Source: an uncultured virus (IMG/VR IMGVR_UViG_3300025913_000028) (taxonomy: Duplodnaviria > Heunggongvirae > Uroviricota > Caudoviricetes). From it: a stretch of DNA of 64,000 nt. The stretch's first letter is position 1, and each line of letters begins with the position of its first letter. Under the pieces are notes generated by a model. That model was given only the letters and a program-made list of their open reading frames with translations, searched no databases and was not told the DNA's origin. The stretch is from IMG/VR virus record IMGVR_UViG_3300025913_000028; one strand, written 5' to 3'. A program made the position numbers and the translations under genes. This document shows positions 1 through 8,558 of the stretch, in pieces.

Positions 1-150
1 GTTCCTCCCGCAGCGTGGGCGGAGGCGGAGCGCGTTCAGATCAAGGAGCTCGTGAAGACGTCCACGCTGCGGGAGGAACCGGACTACGATGCCCTCGATG
101 GCCTCTGTGTCCAGCTCCTCGAACAGTTCTGGGCCCGCAATCCGGATTGA
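1..150 (+). CDS. 3' end of a gene (partial), possibly a phage nucleotidyltransferase
   Basis: Frame 1 reads ...KTSTLREEPDYDALDGLCVQLLEQFWARNPD*, with typical codon usage; resembles C-termini of phage nucleotidyltransferases (from memory). Confidence 0.4.
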   Translation, partial: VPPAAWAEAERVQIKELVKTSTLREEPDYDALDGLCVQLLEQFWARNPD

Positions 151-168
151 AGGCTCTTGGAGGCCTCG

Positions 169-201
169 TAGAGGGAATGGTACGCCGTTCCCTCTATTTT
201 T
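169..201 (+). terminator. Intrinsic terminator
   Basis: TAGAGGGAATGG-TACG-CCGTTCCCTCTA followed by TTTTT. Confidence 0.85.
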
Positions 202-214
202 GCCTCACAACGAG

Positions 215-228
215 CTATCAGCAAGATG
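215..228 (+). promoter_or_regulatory. Phage promoter-like motif CTATCAG-CAAG-ATG
   Basis: Recurrent intergenic motif, directly after a terminator. Confidence 0.65.
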
Positions 229-309
229 AGCGAGACGTTTGGCGCATAAGGCTCGCGTATAGTACCAAACCGAATCGAGCCTTCAGAAGCCCCTTTTGAG
301 GAGGATGAC

Positions 310-1164
310 ATGGCGAAAGCAGCGAACGCACCGAACCTTCGAGATGTAGTTGGGATCAGCGTGTCGGAACACGCCCTGGAGAAACTGAGAGAACGCCTAC
401 CTGCGGGCTCTCATTTCCGAGCGATGCCAGACAAGGACTTGATCTTGCGCGTCGAAGATGGGTGGAAGAATGCGAAGCGGGGAGATCTCATCGAAGAGTG
501 GTGGGAGGTAGTGCGAGGCGCACCTCCGAGTGTCGCGGATGGGAAGAGCCCCGTCTGCAACTTCGTGTGTGACCTTCAGGACACCTTCGAGGCAGACCTC
601 GTTGGTCTGTTCCGTGAGGACCGGAAGTACCCGGGGCGACCGACTCTCGTCACCGTGTTGACGCACGACATGGTCGCGCAGAACAAGGCCATCAACAAGT
701 GGGCGCGGACCCCAGACAAGATCGGGGAGCCTTCGCTTCTCGGGAATGCTCTGGGCGCTCAGCTCGCGAAGCTGCCGGCTCTTCCGAAGCCGGAAGTAGC
801 GCCGCAAGATCTTCCCATCGACGACCCGCGCAGCCCGTACCACAACAAGCCCGGCTTCAGGCCTGGTGACCCTGGTGGCTATGGGAGACCTCCTGCTCCA
901 GTGTCGCCTCCGAAGCAGGCGGCTGTTCCTGCGAAACCCGTTCCTCCCCCAGTTCAAGTGGAGAAGACTCCCATGGCCGAAGAGATGATCTTGGTGTCGT
1001 GGCAGGCCGTCGACTCCACTGCGCGCGGGTACATGCCGGTCCCGAAGAGCGAGGTCTCCTCGTTCGTCGATCAGCTTGTCGAGACCGGAGTTGCACAGAG
1101 CTCGGTCGAGTTCTGGGCGAAACGCGAAGCGAAGGTTCGTCGAACCGTCGTCGTCGAGTTCTGA
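310..1164 (+). CDS. Hypothetical protein with Pro-rich linker
   Basis: ORF with GAGGAGG Shine-Dalgarno (SD). Confidence 0.8.
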   Translation: MAKAANAPNLRDVVGISVSEHALEKLRERLPAGSHFRAMPDKDLILRVEDGWKNAKRGDLIEEWWEVVRGAPPSVADGKSPVCNFVCDLQDTFEADLVGLFREDRKYPGRPTLVTVLTHDMVAQNKAINKWARTPDKIGEPSLLGNALGAQLAKLPALPKPEVAPQDLPIDDPRSPYHNKPGFRPGDPGGYGRPPAPVSPPKQAAVPAKPVPPPVQVEKTPMAEEMILVSWQAVDSTARGYMPVPKSEVSSFVDQLVETGVAQSSVEFWAKREAKVRRTVVVEF

Positions 1165-1168
1165 GAGT

Positions 1169-1194
1169 GAGCTGGGGGCGACCCCAGTTCCTTT
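1169..1194 (+). terminator. Hairpin / probable terminator
   Basis: GAGCTGGGG-GCGA-CCCCAGTTC followed by CTTT. Confidence 0.7.
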
Positions 1195-1197
1195 GCC

Positions 1198-1211
1198 CTA
1201 TCAACAACAAG
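1198..1211 (+). promoter_or_regulatory. Phage promoter-like motif CTATCAA
   Basis: TTTGCC-CTATCAA, followed by an AAGGAG SD. Confidence 0.6.
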
Positions 1212-1222
1212 AAGGAGTCACC

Positions 1223-2152
1223 ATGCCCACTGCCAAGTATCAGACGTTCCGCAACTACGCCGGGTTCCTCGTTCGCGGGGAAGTTCGTGTTCAGCCCCCG
1301 GCTCCCGACGCCACACATCTGGAGGGTGCGTTCTACGTCCTCTCGCAAGTCGAAGCTGCATTCTGGGGAACGGTGCAGTCGTACGACGGTGCCGGCATCT
1401 CCGCAGGCCCGCTGCACGCGATCGCCTTTTCTCCTTCCAGCAAGACACAGGGCGCCCTCTGGAAGATGCTCGCGATGATCTTCTCGGCGTGCCCCGAGGG
1501 GACGAGCACCAACGTCGACAAGCTTCGTCAGTGGTTCACCGTGAACGGGGTGACCCTCACTCTGGGTGGTGTTCTCGTGAACAGCAGGGACGCCAAGCCC
1601 GTCACGGGGGAGGCCATCCGGGCGTTCGTTTCGGCTCCGCAGGGGCTCGTTCCGCCCGAGGGTGTGGCGTTCGAGCGTGCTCGGACCATCGCGTTGATGT
1701 TCAACGCCGTCTTCTCGGATTCGGCGACCTTCAAGGCGCAGACCGACTTCACGATCCAGTGGCTGCTTCAGGGCAACCGTGACTCCGAGTTCGCAGCGTA
1801 CGCGAAGTACTCGAAGATGGCGGTGACGGCCTCGAACGTGGAGCACTACCTCTCGTTCGCCAAGCAGCTCGACCTCGGGCCGCATCTCGATCTCGCGATG
1901 GCCGTCTATCACGCCTTCACCGTCAACGCGCCCGCGCCGGCGGCGACCGAGCTCTCGAAAGCGATGGCGATGAAGAGCGTCGAGCAGTTCGCCCAGACCC
2001 TCATCCGTGGTCTCGGGCTTCGGAACTACGCTCGCTGGCACGACACCACCGACAACAGCAGCCGCTACGACCACGTTCGTCTCGCGTGTGCTGCGTCGCA
2101 TCGCTGGGACCCCGCCCTCCTCGCCTACCTGATGCCGGAGAACCTCGTCTGA
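1223..2152 (+). CDS. Possible lysozyme/chitosanase-fold glycoside hydrolase
   Basis: AAGGAG SD; VEAAFWGTVQSYDGAGISAG resembles the E..xxxxYD..lS.G motif of peptidoglycan hydrolase-like proteins. Confidence 0.4.
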   Translation: MPTAKYQTFRNYAGFLVRGEVRVQPPAPDATHLEGAFYVLSQVEAAFWGTVQSYDGAGISAGPLHAIAFSPSSKTQGALWKMLAMIFSACPEGTSTNVDKLRQWFTVNGVTLTLGGVLVNSRDAKPVTGEAIRAFVSAPQGLVPPEGVAFERARTIALMFNAVFSDSATFKAQTDFTIQWLLQGNRDSEFAAYAKYSKMAVTASNVEHYLSFAKQLDLGPHLDLAMAVYHAFTVNAPAPAATELSKAMAMKSVEQFAQTLIRGLGLRNYARWHDTTDNSSRYDHVRLACAASHRWDPALLAYLMPENLV

Positions 2153-2391
2153 TGCCTCCGAAGAAGCAGTACCGGGACTACGACGACAAGAACATCGTGG
2201 TCCCGGTGGCGGAGTGCATTCGTTCGACGACCCAAGCCATCCTCGTCGTCATCGATGGGGCGGAGCACTGGATCCCGCAGTCGCAGATCCATGCGGACTC
2301 GGAGGTCTGGAAGCGCGGTGACAAGGGCAAGCTCATCATCTCGAAGTGGATCGGCGCCAAGCGCGGGCTCTGCGAAGAAGAAGAGGACTGA
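2152..2391 (+). CDS. Small phage hypothetical protein (WIPxSQI motif)
   Basis: TGATG overlap; TQAILV..HWIPQSQI. Confidence 0.7.
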   Translation: MPPKKQYRDYDDKNIVVPVAECIRSTTQAILVVIDGAEHWIPQSQIHADSEVWKRGDKGKLIISKWIGAKRGLCEEEED

Positions 2392-2392
2392 C

Positions 2393-3424
2393 ATGAAGTC
2401 GGCAAGGACTGAGGTCGAGCTCTACGGCGTCGTCCGCGACGTACTGCGGTTCCGCGGCAGCGCTGAGGGCATGGGCGTCATCACCCTCATGGACAAGGAT
2501 GGCGCCCGTCAGAAGGTCGTCGGTGTGTGCGAAGGCATCCGTGCCGGCGACTACATCGAGGTCTCTGGCTACGAGCAAGAACATCCGACGCACGGCATGC
2601 AGGTGCGGGCATCGCGTGTTGTTACAACGTTCCCGGCGACACGGAAGGCTTTCCTCGAATGGATGCAGCGACACTTCCAGGCGCCGTGGAAGAACGCGAA
2701 CGCGCTGGTCGACGACTGGTACGAGAACTTCGCAACGCTCGGACAGATGAAGGGGGCAGGTACCCTTGCTCCTCTCACAGGCCCTGGTGACTTCGAGTTG
2801 ATCAGGTTGTGGAACTTGATCGTCTCGGATCAAGCCGGCGCCCAGCAGGTGTTCGCCAAGCATGGGCTGAGCGCTGAGTTCATCGACATCCGGATCTTCG
2901 TCCAGCGCAAGAACTCGGTGGACAGCCTGATGAAGATGGGTCTCGACACGAAGGAGGCTCACGCCCTCTTCGTGGCCCGAGGCGCTCGTGCAGTGGAGGA
3001 GCTGCGAACCGACCCGTACGTCGTGTTCTACTACCTCGACAACGTCCCCTTCACGAAGATCGACAAGGTCTACCTCGCGCAGCCCGAGAACAAGAAGGTG
3101 GACGACCGACGCGTCAAGGCGGTCTGCCTCCACGAACTACGCCTGTGCACGGAGGAGGGGCACACGGCGATGTACTACTCCGACTTCATCGACTTGGTGG
3201 AGGAGACGTACCCCGAGTTCAGTGCGACGAAGTTGATGAGCAACTTCGATGCCCTCATCCCCGAGTTCGTCACCCTCTACGGTTCGCCGACGATGGTGCA
3301 GCTCACCCCTTACGCCCGCTACGAAGCAGGCATCTCGGAGTTCGTGGTGACTGGTCGCGTGCAGACGCTGCCGCCCGAGCTCGAAGACATCGAGGACGAC
3401 GATGGAACAGCAGCAGGATCGTGA
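2393..3424 (+). CDS. RecD2-like helicase N-terminal subunit (OB plus HhH region)
   Basis: GDYIEVSGYEQEHPTHGMQV; ELRTDPY..F.KIDK..DDRRVKA..EEGHT match the RecD2 N-terminus. Confidence 0.8.
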   Translation: MKSARTEVELYGVVRDVLRFRGSAEGMGVITLMDKDGARQKVVGVCEGIRAGDYIEVSGYEQEHPTHGMQVRASRVVTTFPATRKAFLEWMQRHFQAPWKNANALVDDWYENFATLGQMKGAGTLAPLTGPGDFELIRLWNLIVSDQAGAQQVFAKHGLSAEFIDIRIFVQRKNSVDSLMKMGLDTKEAHALFVARGARAVEELRTDPYVVFYYLDNVPFTKIDKVYLAQPENKKVDDRRVKAVCLHELRLCTEEGHTAMYYSDFIDLVEETYPEFSATKLMSNFDALIPEFVTLYGSPTMVQLTPYARYEAGISEFVVTGRVQTLPPELEDIEDDDGTAAGS

Positions 3425-4643
3425 CGAAGACCAGGAACGCGCGATCGACCTGATCTGCTCGAAGGAGCCGATCGGCATCATCACCGGCGGTCCTGGCACC
3501 GGCAAGACGACGACGTTGAAGAAGGCACTGCGCGACACGCGCCTGATGGGACTGGACGTCGTCTTGGTCGCTCCGACCGGCAAGGCAGCGAAGCGAATGA
3601 CGGAGGTGGTGGGCATGGATGCGTCCACGATCCACCGTCTCACCGGCTTTAACGGAGACCAGTACGGCACCGACCAGTTGCCGCACGACGTCTACATCGC
3701 GGATGAGGCCTCGATGGTGGATGCGCAGATGCTCTACCACCTCCTGGTCGTCATGAAGAAGGGGGCTCGCATCCGTCTCATCGGCGACGCCGATCAGCTC
3801 CCAAGCGTCGGCGCCGGCAGCGTACTTCGAGACCTCATCGACTCGGGTGAGGTCCCCGTCGTACGCCTGAAGACGCTTCACCGCAGCGCGGCGGAGTCGT
3901 GGATCTGTGCGAATGCTCCGAAGATTCTCGCCGGTCAGATGTTCGACACGACGAAGAGGGACGACTTCGAGGCGTTCGAGATGGACTCGGCGTACGACGT
4001 CATCGACCTCGCGAAGCAGTTGTTGGTCCACCAGAAGATCAACTTCTTCCTGGGACGCTTCCAGCTCTTGACTCCGATGAACGTCGGGGACTTGGGCACG
4101 GAGGTGCTGAACCACGAGATCGCTTCCGAGCTGAACCCGAACCGACTCGACGGCGAGCACATCGAGCTTGCAGTGCCGCGTGCTTCGATGCAGCAGTTCG
4201 CAGGTGTGGGAGACAAGGTCATCCACGTCCAGAACAACTACGTCCTGAATGTCTTCAACGGAGAGCTCGGCATCATCGACAAGATCGCGGATGGCAAGGT
4301 CGTCGTGAAGTACCCGGGGAAGTTCGTGGAGTACCCACAGCTCGTCGCGATGCATCAGCTTCGACTTGCGTATGCGTTGACTGTGCACAAGGCGCAGGGC
4401 TCGGAGTGGGAGAGCGTCGGTGTCATCTGTCACGGCATGCACATCCGCATGTGGTCGCGGCAGCTCCTCTACACGGCGGTGACGCGTGCCAAGCGTGGTG
4501 TCACTCTCATCGGCAACGAGGAAGGGATCGGAGTCGCACTCGCACAGAACAAGCCTCGTGAACGCTTCACGACTCTTCCCAACCGGATCATCGACATGAA
4601 GAAGGAACGCGAAGATGGACGACCGCGGACTGCTCACGCCTGA
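3402..4643 (+). CDS. recD2: RecD2-like SF1B helicase motor subunit
   Basis: TGGPGTGKTT, APTGKAAKRM, ASTIHRL, DEASMVD, GDADQLPSVG, LAYALTVHKAQGSE, LYTAVTRA. Confidence 0.95.
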   Translation: MEQQQDRDEDQERAIDLICSKEPIGIITGGPGTGKTTTLKKALRDTRLMGLDVVLVAPTGKAAKRMTEVVGMDASTIHRLTGFNGDQYGTDQLPHDVYIADEASMVDAQMLYHLLVVMKKGARIRLIGDADQLPSVGAGSVLRDLIDSGEVPVVRLKTLHRSAAESWICANAPKILAGQMFDTTKRDDFEAFEMDSAYDVIDLAKQLLVHQKINFFLGRFQLLTPMNVGDLGTEVLNHEIASELNPNRLDGEHIELAVPRASMQQFAGVGDKVIHVQNNYVLNVFNGELGIIDKIADGKVVVKYPGKFVEYPQLVAMHQLRLAYALTVHKAQGSEWESVGVICHGMHIRMWSRQLLYTAVTRAKRGVTLIGNEEGIGVALAQNKPRERFTTLPNRIIDMKKEREDGRPRTAHA

Positions 4644-4827
4644 AGACGGCCAGCGCTACATCGACTTCTGCTATCGCTGGGGTGAGACCCCGCAGGGGGA
4701 GCCCCTGGAAACCTGCGGAGGATGTCAGCGGCTCATCCCACTCGATCACCATGCCCCTGGCTGTCATCAGCCGTGGGGCGGTCTGGGGAAGATCTTGTGG
4801 GGCAAGCTCCTCGACATCCTTCGATGA
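4615..4827 (+). CDS. Small Cys-containing hypothetical protein
   Basis: Overlap-coupled ORF with CxxC. Confidence 0.55.
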   Translation: MDDRGLLTPEDGQRYIDFCYRWGETPQGEPLETCGGCQRLIPLDHHAPGCHQPWGGLGKILWGKLLDILR

Positions 4828-5294
4828 CGCACGGGCATCGACGCAAGAGGAAGTCCTCCCCGACGTACACGTCGTGGAGGATGATGATTCAGCGGTGCAC
4901 GAACCCGAAGCACAAGAGCTACCCGGACTACGGCGGTCGCGGGATCCTCGTCTACTTCGACTGGGTGGGGCCGGGCGGCTTCGCTTCGTTCTTGAATGAC
5001 GTCGGCAAGCGTCCCTCGAAGAAGTACTCGCTCGATCGCATCGATCCAGACAAGGGGTACGAACCAGGCAACTGTCGCTGGTCGACGAAGTCGGTTCAGA
5101 ACTCAAACAAGTCCGGATTCATCTATGAGCTAGATGGAAAACGCTTCACCATCTATGAGAAGGCGGAGGAGCTGGGGCTTCATGATGGCGCTCTGCGCCG
5201 CAGAATCTCCAGGTTGATGCTGACGAAGCGCTACACGTTGGAAGAGGCGAGACGCATCGCCTTCACTACACCGAACCGAAGGAAACGAACATGA
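4824..5294 (+). CDS. HNH-type homing endonuclease-like protein
   Basis: TYTSWRMMIQRC..YGGRGI..SLDRIDPDKGYEPGNCRW. Confidence 0.85.
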   Translation: MTHGHRRKRKSSPTYTSWRMMIQRCTNPKHKSYPDYGGRGILVYFDWVGPGGFASFLNDVGKRPSKKYSLDRIDPDKGYEPGNCRWSTKSVQNSNKSGFIYELDGKRFTIYEKAEELGLHDGALRRRISRLMLTKRYTLEEARRIAFTTPNRRKRT

Positions 5295-6985
5295 AGCATA
5301 AGTGTATGTTCTGCACGTCACCGTGCGAGATCACGCTCGCATTCACGAGCGAAGGCTGCACGAACCCGGCATGCCGGGCGTACGCTGCGCCACCTGCACC
5401 TCCGAAAGAGGAAGCGAAGCAGGAAGAGGCGGCGTTCAAAGCGAACGTGAAGACAGAGCGGCTTTCCTCGAAGGAGCCGCACGTCTCGAACACCCCGAAG
5501 CCGGACCCGGTGAAGGAGGGGCGAGAAAGTGCCAAGCGCCCCTCCTTCATGGCCTCCCTCTACCCGAGGAGCCCGATACCGTTCGCGGACCCATTTCGCC
5601 GTGAGGTGATGGGTCAGTCCCAGGAGCCCATCCTCAAGATGGACTACGCGGAGCTGGAGTGGAGGGTGATCGCTCAGGTCGCTCTTCAGCACTACGGACA
5701 GCACGGACACTCCAGGGAGCTCACGTCCCACATGCTGGGGAAGGAGCCCCACAAGGTGAGGGCCTCGCACATGGAGCAGGTCGAACAGCATCTGGAGCGC
5801 CTTGCTGTGGCTGGCAAGATGCCCACGGATGTGATGCAGCTCCTCATCTTGCTCGATCTCATCAGCGAGGAGTCGATCAACATCGCCAAGGCCAAGGGCA
5901 TCGACCCCAGCATGATCGAGCCGTGGATGAGGAAGCGGCAGGACCCGAGGTCCGTAAGACAACGCCGTCTCTCCCCGAGGCAGCTCGAAGAGCTTCGGCA
6001 GGTGTGGTCTCTGCCCGTGGTTTCTTCTGACCTCCCCTACAGCAGGACATGGGCGGAAGAGCGCGACTTCCACACGCAGATCGCGTCACAGATCTTCAAG
6101 GTCCCTCCGTCGCAGATCACGAAAGAACAGCGCGATGCTGCGAAGTCGACGGAGCTCTCTGCCCTCTACGGAGGTCTGAGGATCATCAGCGGCCTCGATG
6201 CAGGACTGGCGAACTATGCGAAGGCAGATGCAGAGGTCACTCAAGGTCTCTTCTCGGCTCAGCGGCTCGCGGAAGCTCGCATCGCTGGCTTGGAAAAGGA
6301 GATCCCCCTCCGGCACGGTGAATGCCTCACCAACCGACGGGACTGCGGATGCAAGGCGTACGTCACTCGTGTGGGTGTCGACGGAGGGTATCGAAGCGAG
6401 CCTGCCATCCTGTCTCGCAGAGATGCGAAGGAGTGCGAGCACTGTGCGGGCTCGTTGCTCGAAGGCACCAAGGCGGCCTTGCTGAAGTGGTGGAAGAGGG
6501 ACTCGGAATCCCTGGAGGCTTTCTACTCCTCCCCGCAGATGTACAAGGTCCACCGCCTTCGCTGGGCGCAGACGCTGCGTGTCACCGATCGGAAGCCTGG
6601 GATCTCGAAGAACAGCTTGGGGGTGAAGCTGCTTGGAGTCATGTCCCTCGTCGATGTTCCGAAGCGCTTCAACGGCCTGACGGCGGTCTACGAGTACGTC
6701 TCCATCGAGTACCCGACCACTGGGCGCTTCCGCTTCACCATCTCCAAGGGTCCGGGTCCTCAGAACGAACGAGGGGTCGTGCTGGATCGTACAGCTTGGG
6801 GCCTCACCATCCGCTTCCTGCGCCTCGATGCGGAAAGCAAGATGAACATCGCCAACATCCACTGCCCCGCCATCCTCAGTGAGGTCCACAAGGACCTCGA
6901 CATGAATCGCCCAGTTCGCACGCCCTCCGAGGCGGAGATGGCGATGTTCGCGATGATGCGTGGGCCGCACGACAAGAAGGAGTGA
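5291..6985 (+). CDS. Mosaic protein containing fragments of a family A DNA polymerase
   Basis: MDYAELEWRVIA (motif A-like) and DFHTQIASQIF..ITKEQRDAAK..ALYG (motif B-like); no motif C. Confidence 0.6.
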   Translation: MKHKCMFCTSPCEITLAFTSEGCTNPACRAYAAPPAPPKEEAKQEEAAFKANVKTERLSSKEPHVSNTPKPDPVKEGRESAKRPSFMASLYPRSPIPFADPFRREVMGQSQEPILKMDYAELEWRVIAQVALQHYGQHGHSRELTSHMLGKEPHKVRASHMEQVEQHLERLAVAGKMPTDVMQLLILLDLISEESINIAKAKGIDPSMIEPWMRKRQDPRSVRQRRLSPRQLEELRQVWSLPVVSSDLPYSRTWAEERDFHTQIASQIFKVPPSQITKEQRDAAKSTELSALYGGLRIISGLDAGLANYAKADAEVTQGLFSAQRLAEARIAGLEKEIPLRHGECLTNRRDCGCKAYVTRVGVDGGYRSEPAILSRRDAKECEHCAGSLLEGTKAALLKWWKRDSESLEAFYSSPQMYKVHRLRWAQTLRVTDRKPGISKNSLGVKLLGVMSLVDVPKRFNGLTAVYEYVSIEYPTTGRFRFTISKGPGPQNERGVVLDRTAWGLTIRFLRLDAESKMNIANIHCPAILSEVHKDLDMNRPVRTPSEAEMAMFAMMRGPHDKKE

Positions 6986-6987
6986 AC

Positions 6988-7566
6988 ATGAACAAGATCT
7001 TCGAGGCCGCGAAGTTCGCGGCCAGTCGCCATGCCAAGCAGGCGGGTCGGGGGCCGAAGAACGAGCCCTACGTCACACACTGCTTCGACGTCGCGCAGCG
7101 TCTCGTCGCTGCTGGTGTCGACGACCCTTTCACTCTCGTTGGGGCCATCCTCCACGACACCCTGGAGGACACGGAGACGACGTACGAGGAGCTCCACGAG
7201 AAGTTCGGCTACTCGGCCGACCTCGCTCGTGACCTGACGCTTCCTCTCGACTGCCGAGATGGCAACCACGAGAAGAAGACGGCTCACCAGGTCATGATGA
7301 TGAAGATGATGGACATCGGGGGTGTCCTCATCAAGATCGCGGACAAGACCTCGAACGTGAACGACATGGTCGACAACCCTCCGAAGTGGGGGCTGCGTGC
7401 CGTTCGTGGCTACTGCGACTCGGCGGAGGCAGTCGTCGATGCGGGGAAGGATGCACGCCAGCGTCTTCGTCTCACCGAGGAGCAGGAGCGCAGCCTCCAA
7501 ACCCTCATCATCCGCTTCTACGAAGCCTACCAGAAGGCGGCGAAGCACTACGGATGGGCACCGTGA
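6988..7566 (+). CDS. Mesh1/SAH-like HD-domain (p)ppGpp hydrolase
   Basis: AAKFAASRH..Q, EPYVTH, AILHDTLEDT, LIKIADKTSN. Confidence 0.9.
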   Translation: MNKIFEAAKFAASRHAKQAGRGPKNEPYVTHCFDVAQRLVAAGVDDPFTLVGAILHDTLEDTETTYEELHEKFGYSADLARDLTLPLDCRDGNHEKKTAHQVMMMKMMDIGGVLIKIADKTSNVNDMVDNPPKWGLRAVRGYCDSAEAVVDAGKDARQRLRLTEEQERSLQTLIIRFYEAYQKAAKHYGWAP

Positions 7567-7997
7567 GTCGGGGAGAGAAGATCTTGGAGAAGCTCTCCAA
7601 GAACGTCGTCCCCAACCCACACACGCTGACGAAGGACTCCGCCTTCCACGATCTCCTCTCGCTCGTCACGGAGGAGTACGTCATCGACGACTTGATCTCC
7701 GAGCTCACCCCGGAGGAGCGCTACACGATCGCGCACTGGGCGTCGTTGGTGCACGTCGCTGCGGGATCGGAGGACCCTCCGTTGCCCATGCCGAAGGAGC
7801 CGGAGGTGGCGGCGAAGGTTCTGCTGAAGCCGGGCAGGCACGTCATCATCGACGGGTTCGGTGCAGGGATCGTCGAGAGATACGACTACCCTGCCTCGAA
7901 GCCCCATCAAGGACTTCTGCCCAAGAGGCCGGTGGTGAAGCTGGACGGCGGCGGGTATGCGTACCCGAAGCTGGAGGAGATCATCGGTGTCGAGTGA
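7554..7997 (+). CDS. Hypothetical protein
   Basis: Coupled ORF; start at 7554 or 7563. Confidence 0.7.
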   Translation: MGTVSRGEKILEKLSKNVVPNPHTLTKDSAFHDLLSLVTEEYVIDDLISELTPEERYTIAHWASLVHVAAGSEDPPLPMPKEPEVAAKVLLKPGRHVIIDGFGAGIVERYDYPASKPHQGLLPKRPVVKLDGGGYAYPKLEEIIGVE

Positions 7998-8265
7998 GGC
8001 GAAGTACCCGGAGTGCGAGAAGCTCCGGGTGGCACGGCCCGAGATGTTGAAGATGCTCCAGTTCCTCGAATGGTTGCAGGAGCAGGGGCTCTCGCTCTGC
8101 ACGCACGACCCCAAGAAGTTCGCGCAGTGGGGCGGGCTCTTCGAGGTGACCCGAGAGCCGCAGGAAGCGATGTTGCTGCGCTACCTCGGCATCGATGCGA
8201 AGAAGCTCGAAGATGAACGTCGAGCAATCCTCGAAGACGCACAGGAGAAGGCGAATGGTTCGTAA
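7987..8265 (+). CDS. Hypothetical protein
   Basis: GTG start after GGAGGAG. Confidence 0.7.
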   Translation: MSSEAKYPECEKLRVARPEMLKMLQFLEWLQEQGLSLCTHDPKKFAQWGGLFEVTREPQEAMLLRYLGIDAKKLEDERRAILEDAQEKANGS

Positions 8266-8482
8266 GACGCTGTTGAGGGCCGCTCTTCGTGTGGTGAGGT
8301 CGGCGCGTGTGAAGCTGGCGGAGGTGGATCAGAGCCTCAGCCAGCTCTCCTTCTGGATGAAGGCGCACGAGACCATGCTGGCAGTCGAGGAACTCAACCA
8401 GCGCATGCGCAGGGAAGGGGTGCAGATCGACTACCTCGATGAACTGGACGAGGAGTCCGAAGAGCTCGAACCTGTTGGATGA
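8255..8482 (+). CDS. Hypothetical protein
   Basis: AGGAG SD; ends just before a terminator. Confidence 0.65.
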   Translation: MVRKTLLRAALRVVRSARVKLAEVDQSLSQLSFWMKAHETMLAVEELNQRMRREGVQIDYLDELDEESEELEPVG

Positions 8483-8483
8483 G

Positions 8484-8508
8484 GAGGGGCCTTCGGGCCC
8501 TTCTTTTT
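8484..8508 (+). terminator. Intrinsic terminator
   Basis: GAGGGGCC-TTCG-GGCCCTTC followed by TTTTT. Confidence 0.9.
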
Positions 8509-8530
8509 GCCATTTTTGCCCCAGAATCCC

Positions 8531-8544
8531 CTATCAGTAAGATA
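8531..8544 (+). promoter_or_regulatory. Phage promoter-like motif CTATCAG-TAAG-ATA
   Basis: Recurrent motif followed by an AAGGAG SD. Confidence 0.7.
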
Positions 8545-8558
8545 GAAGGAGAACGAAT

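Noticed and set aside
5291..6985. Calling this a functional DNA polymerase I
   Set aside because: No motif C, wrong motif spacing and order, no thumb or palm continuity
200..8543. Reading the motif as sigma70 TTGCC(C/T)-16 bp-(T/C)AAGAT
   Set aside because: Fits only the copies at 215 and 8531; in others TTTGCC abuts the heptamer or is absent, so it is not the general explanation, though not excluded for those two
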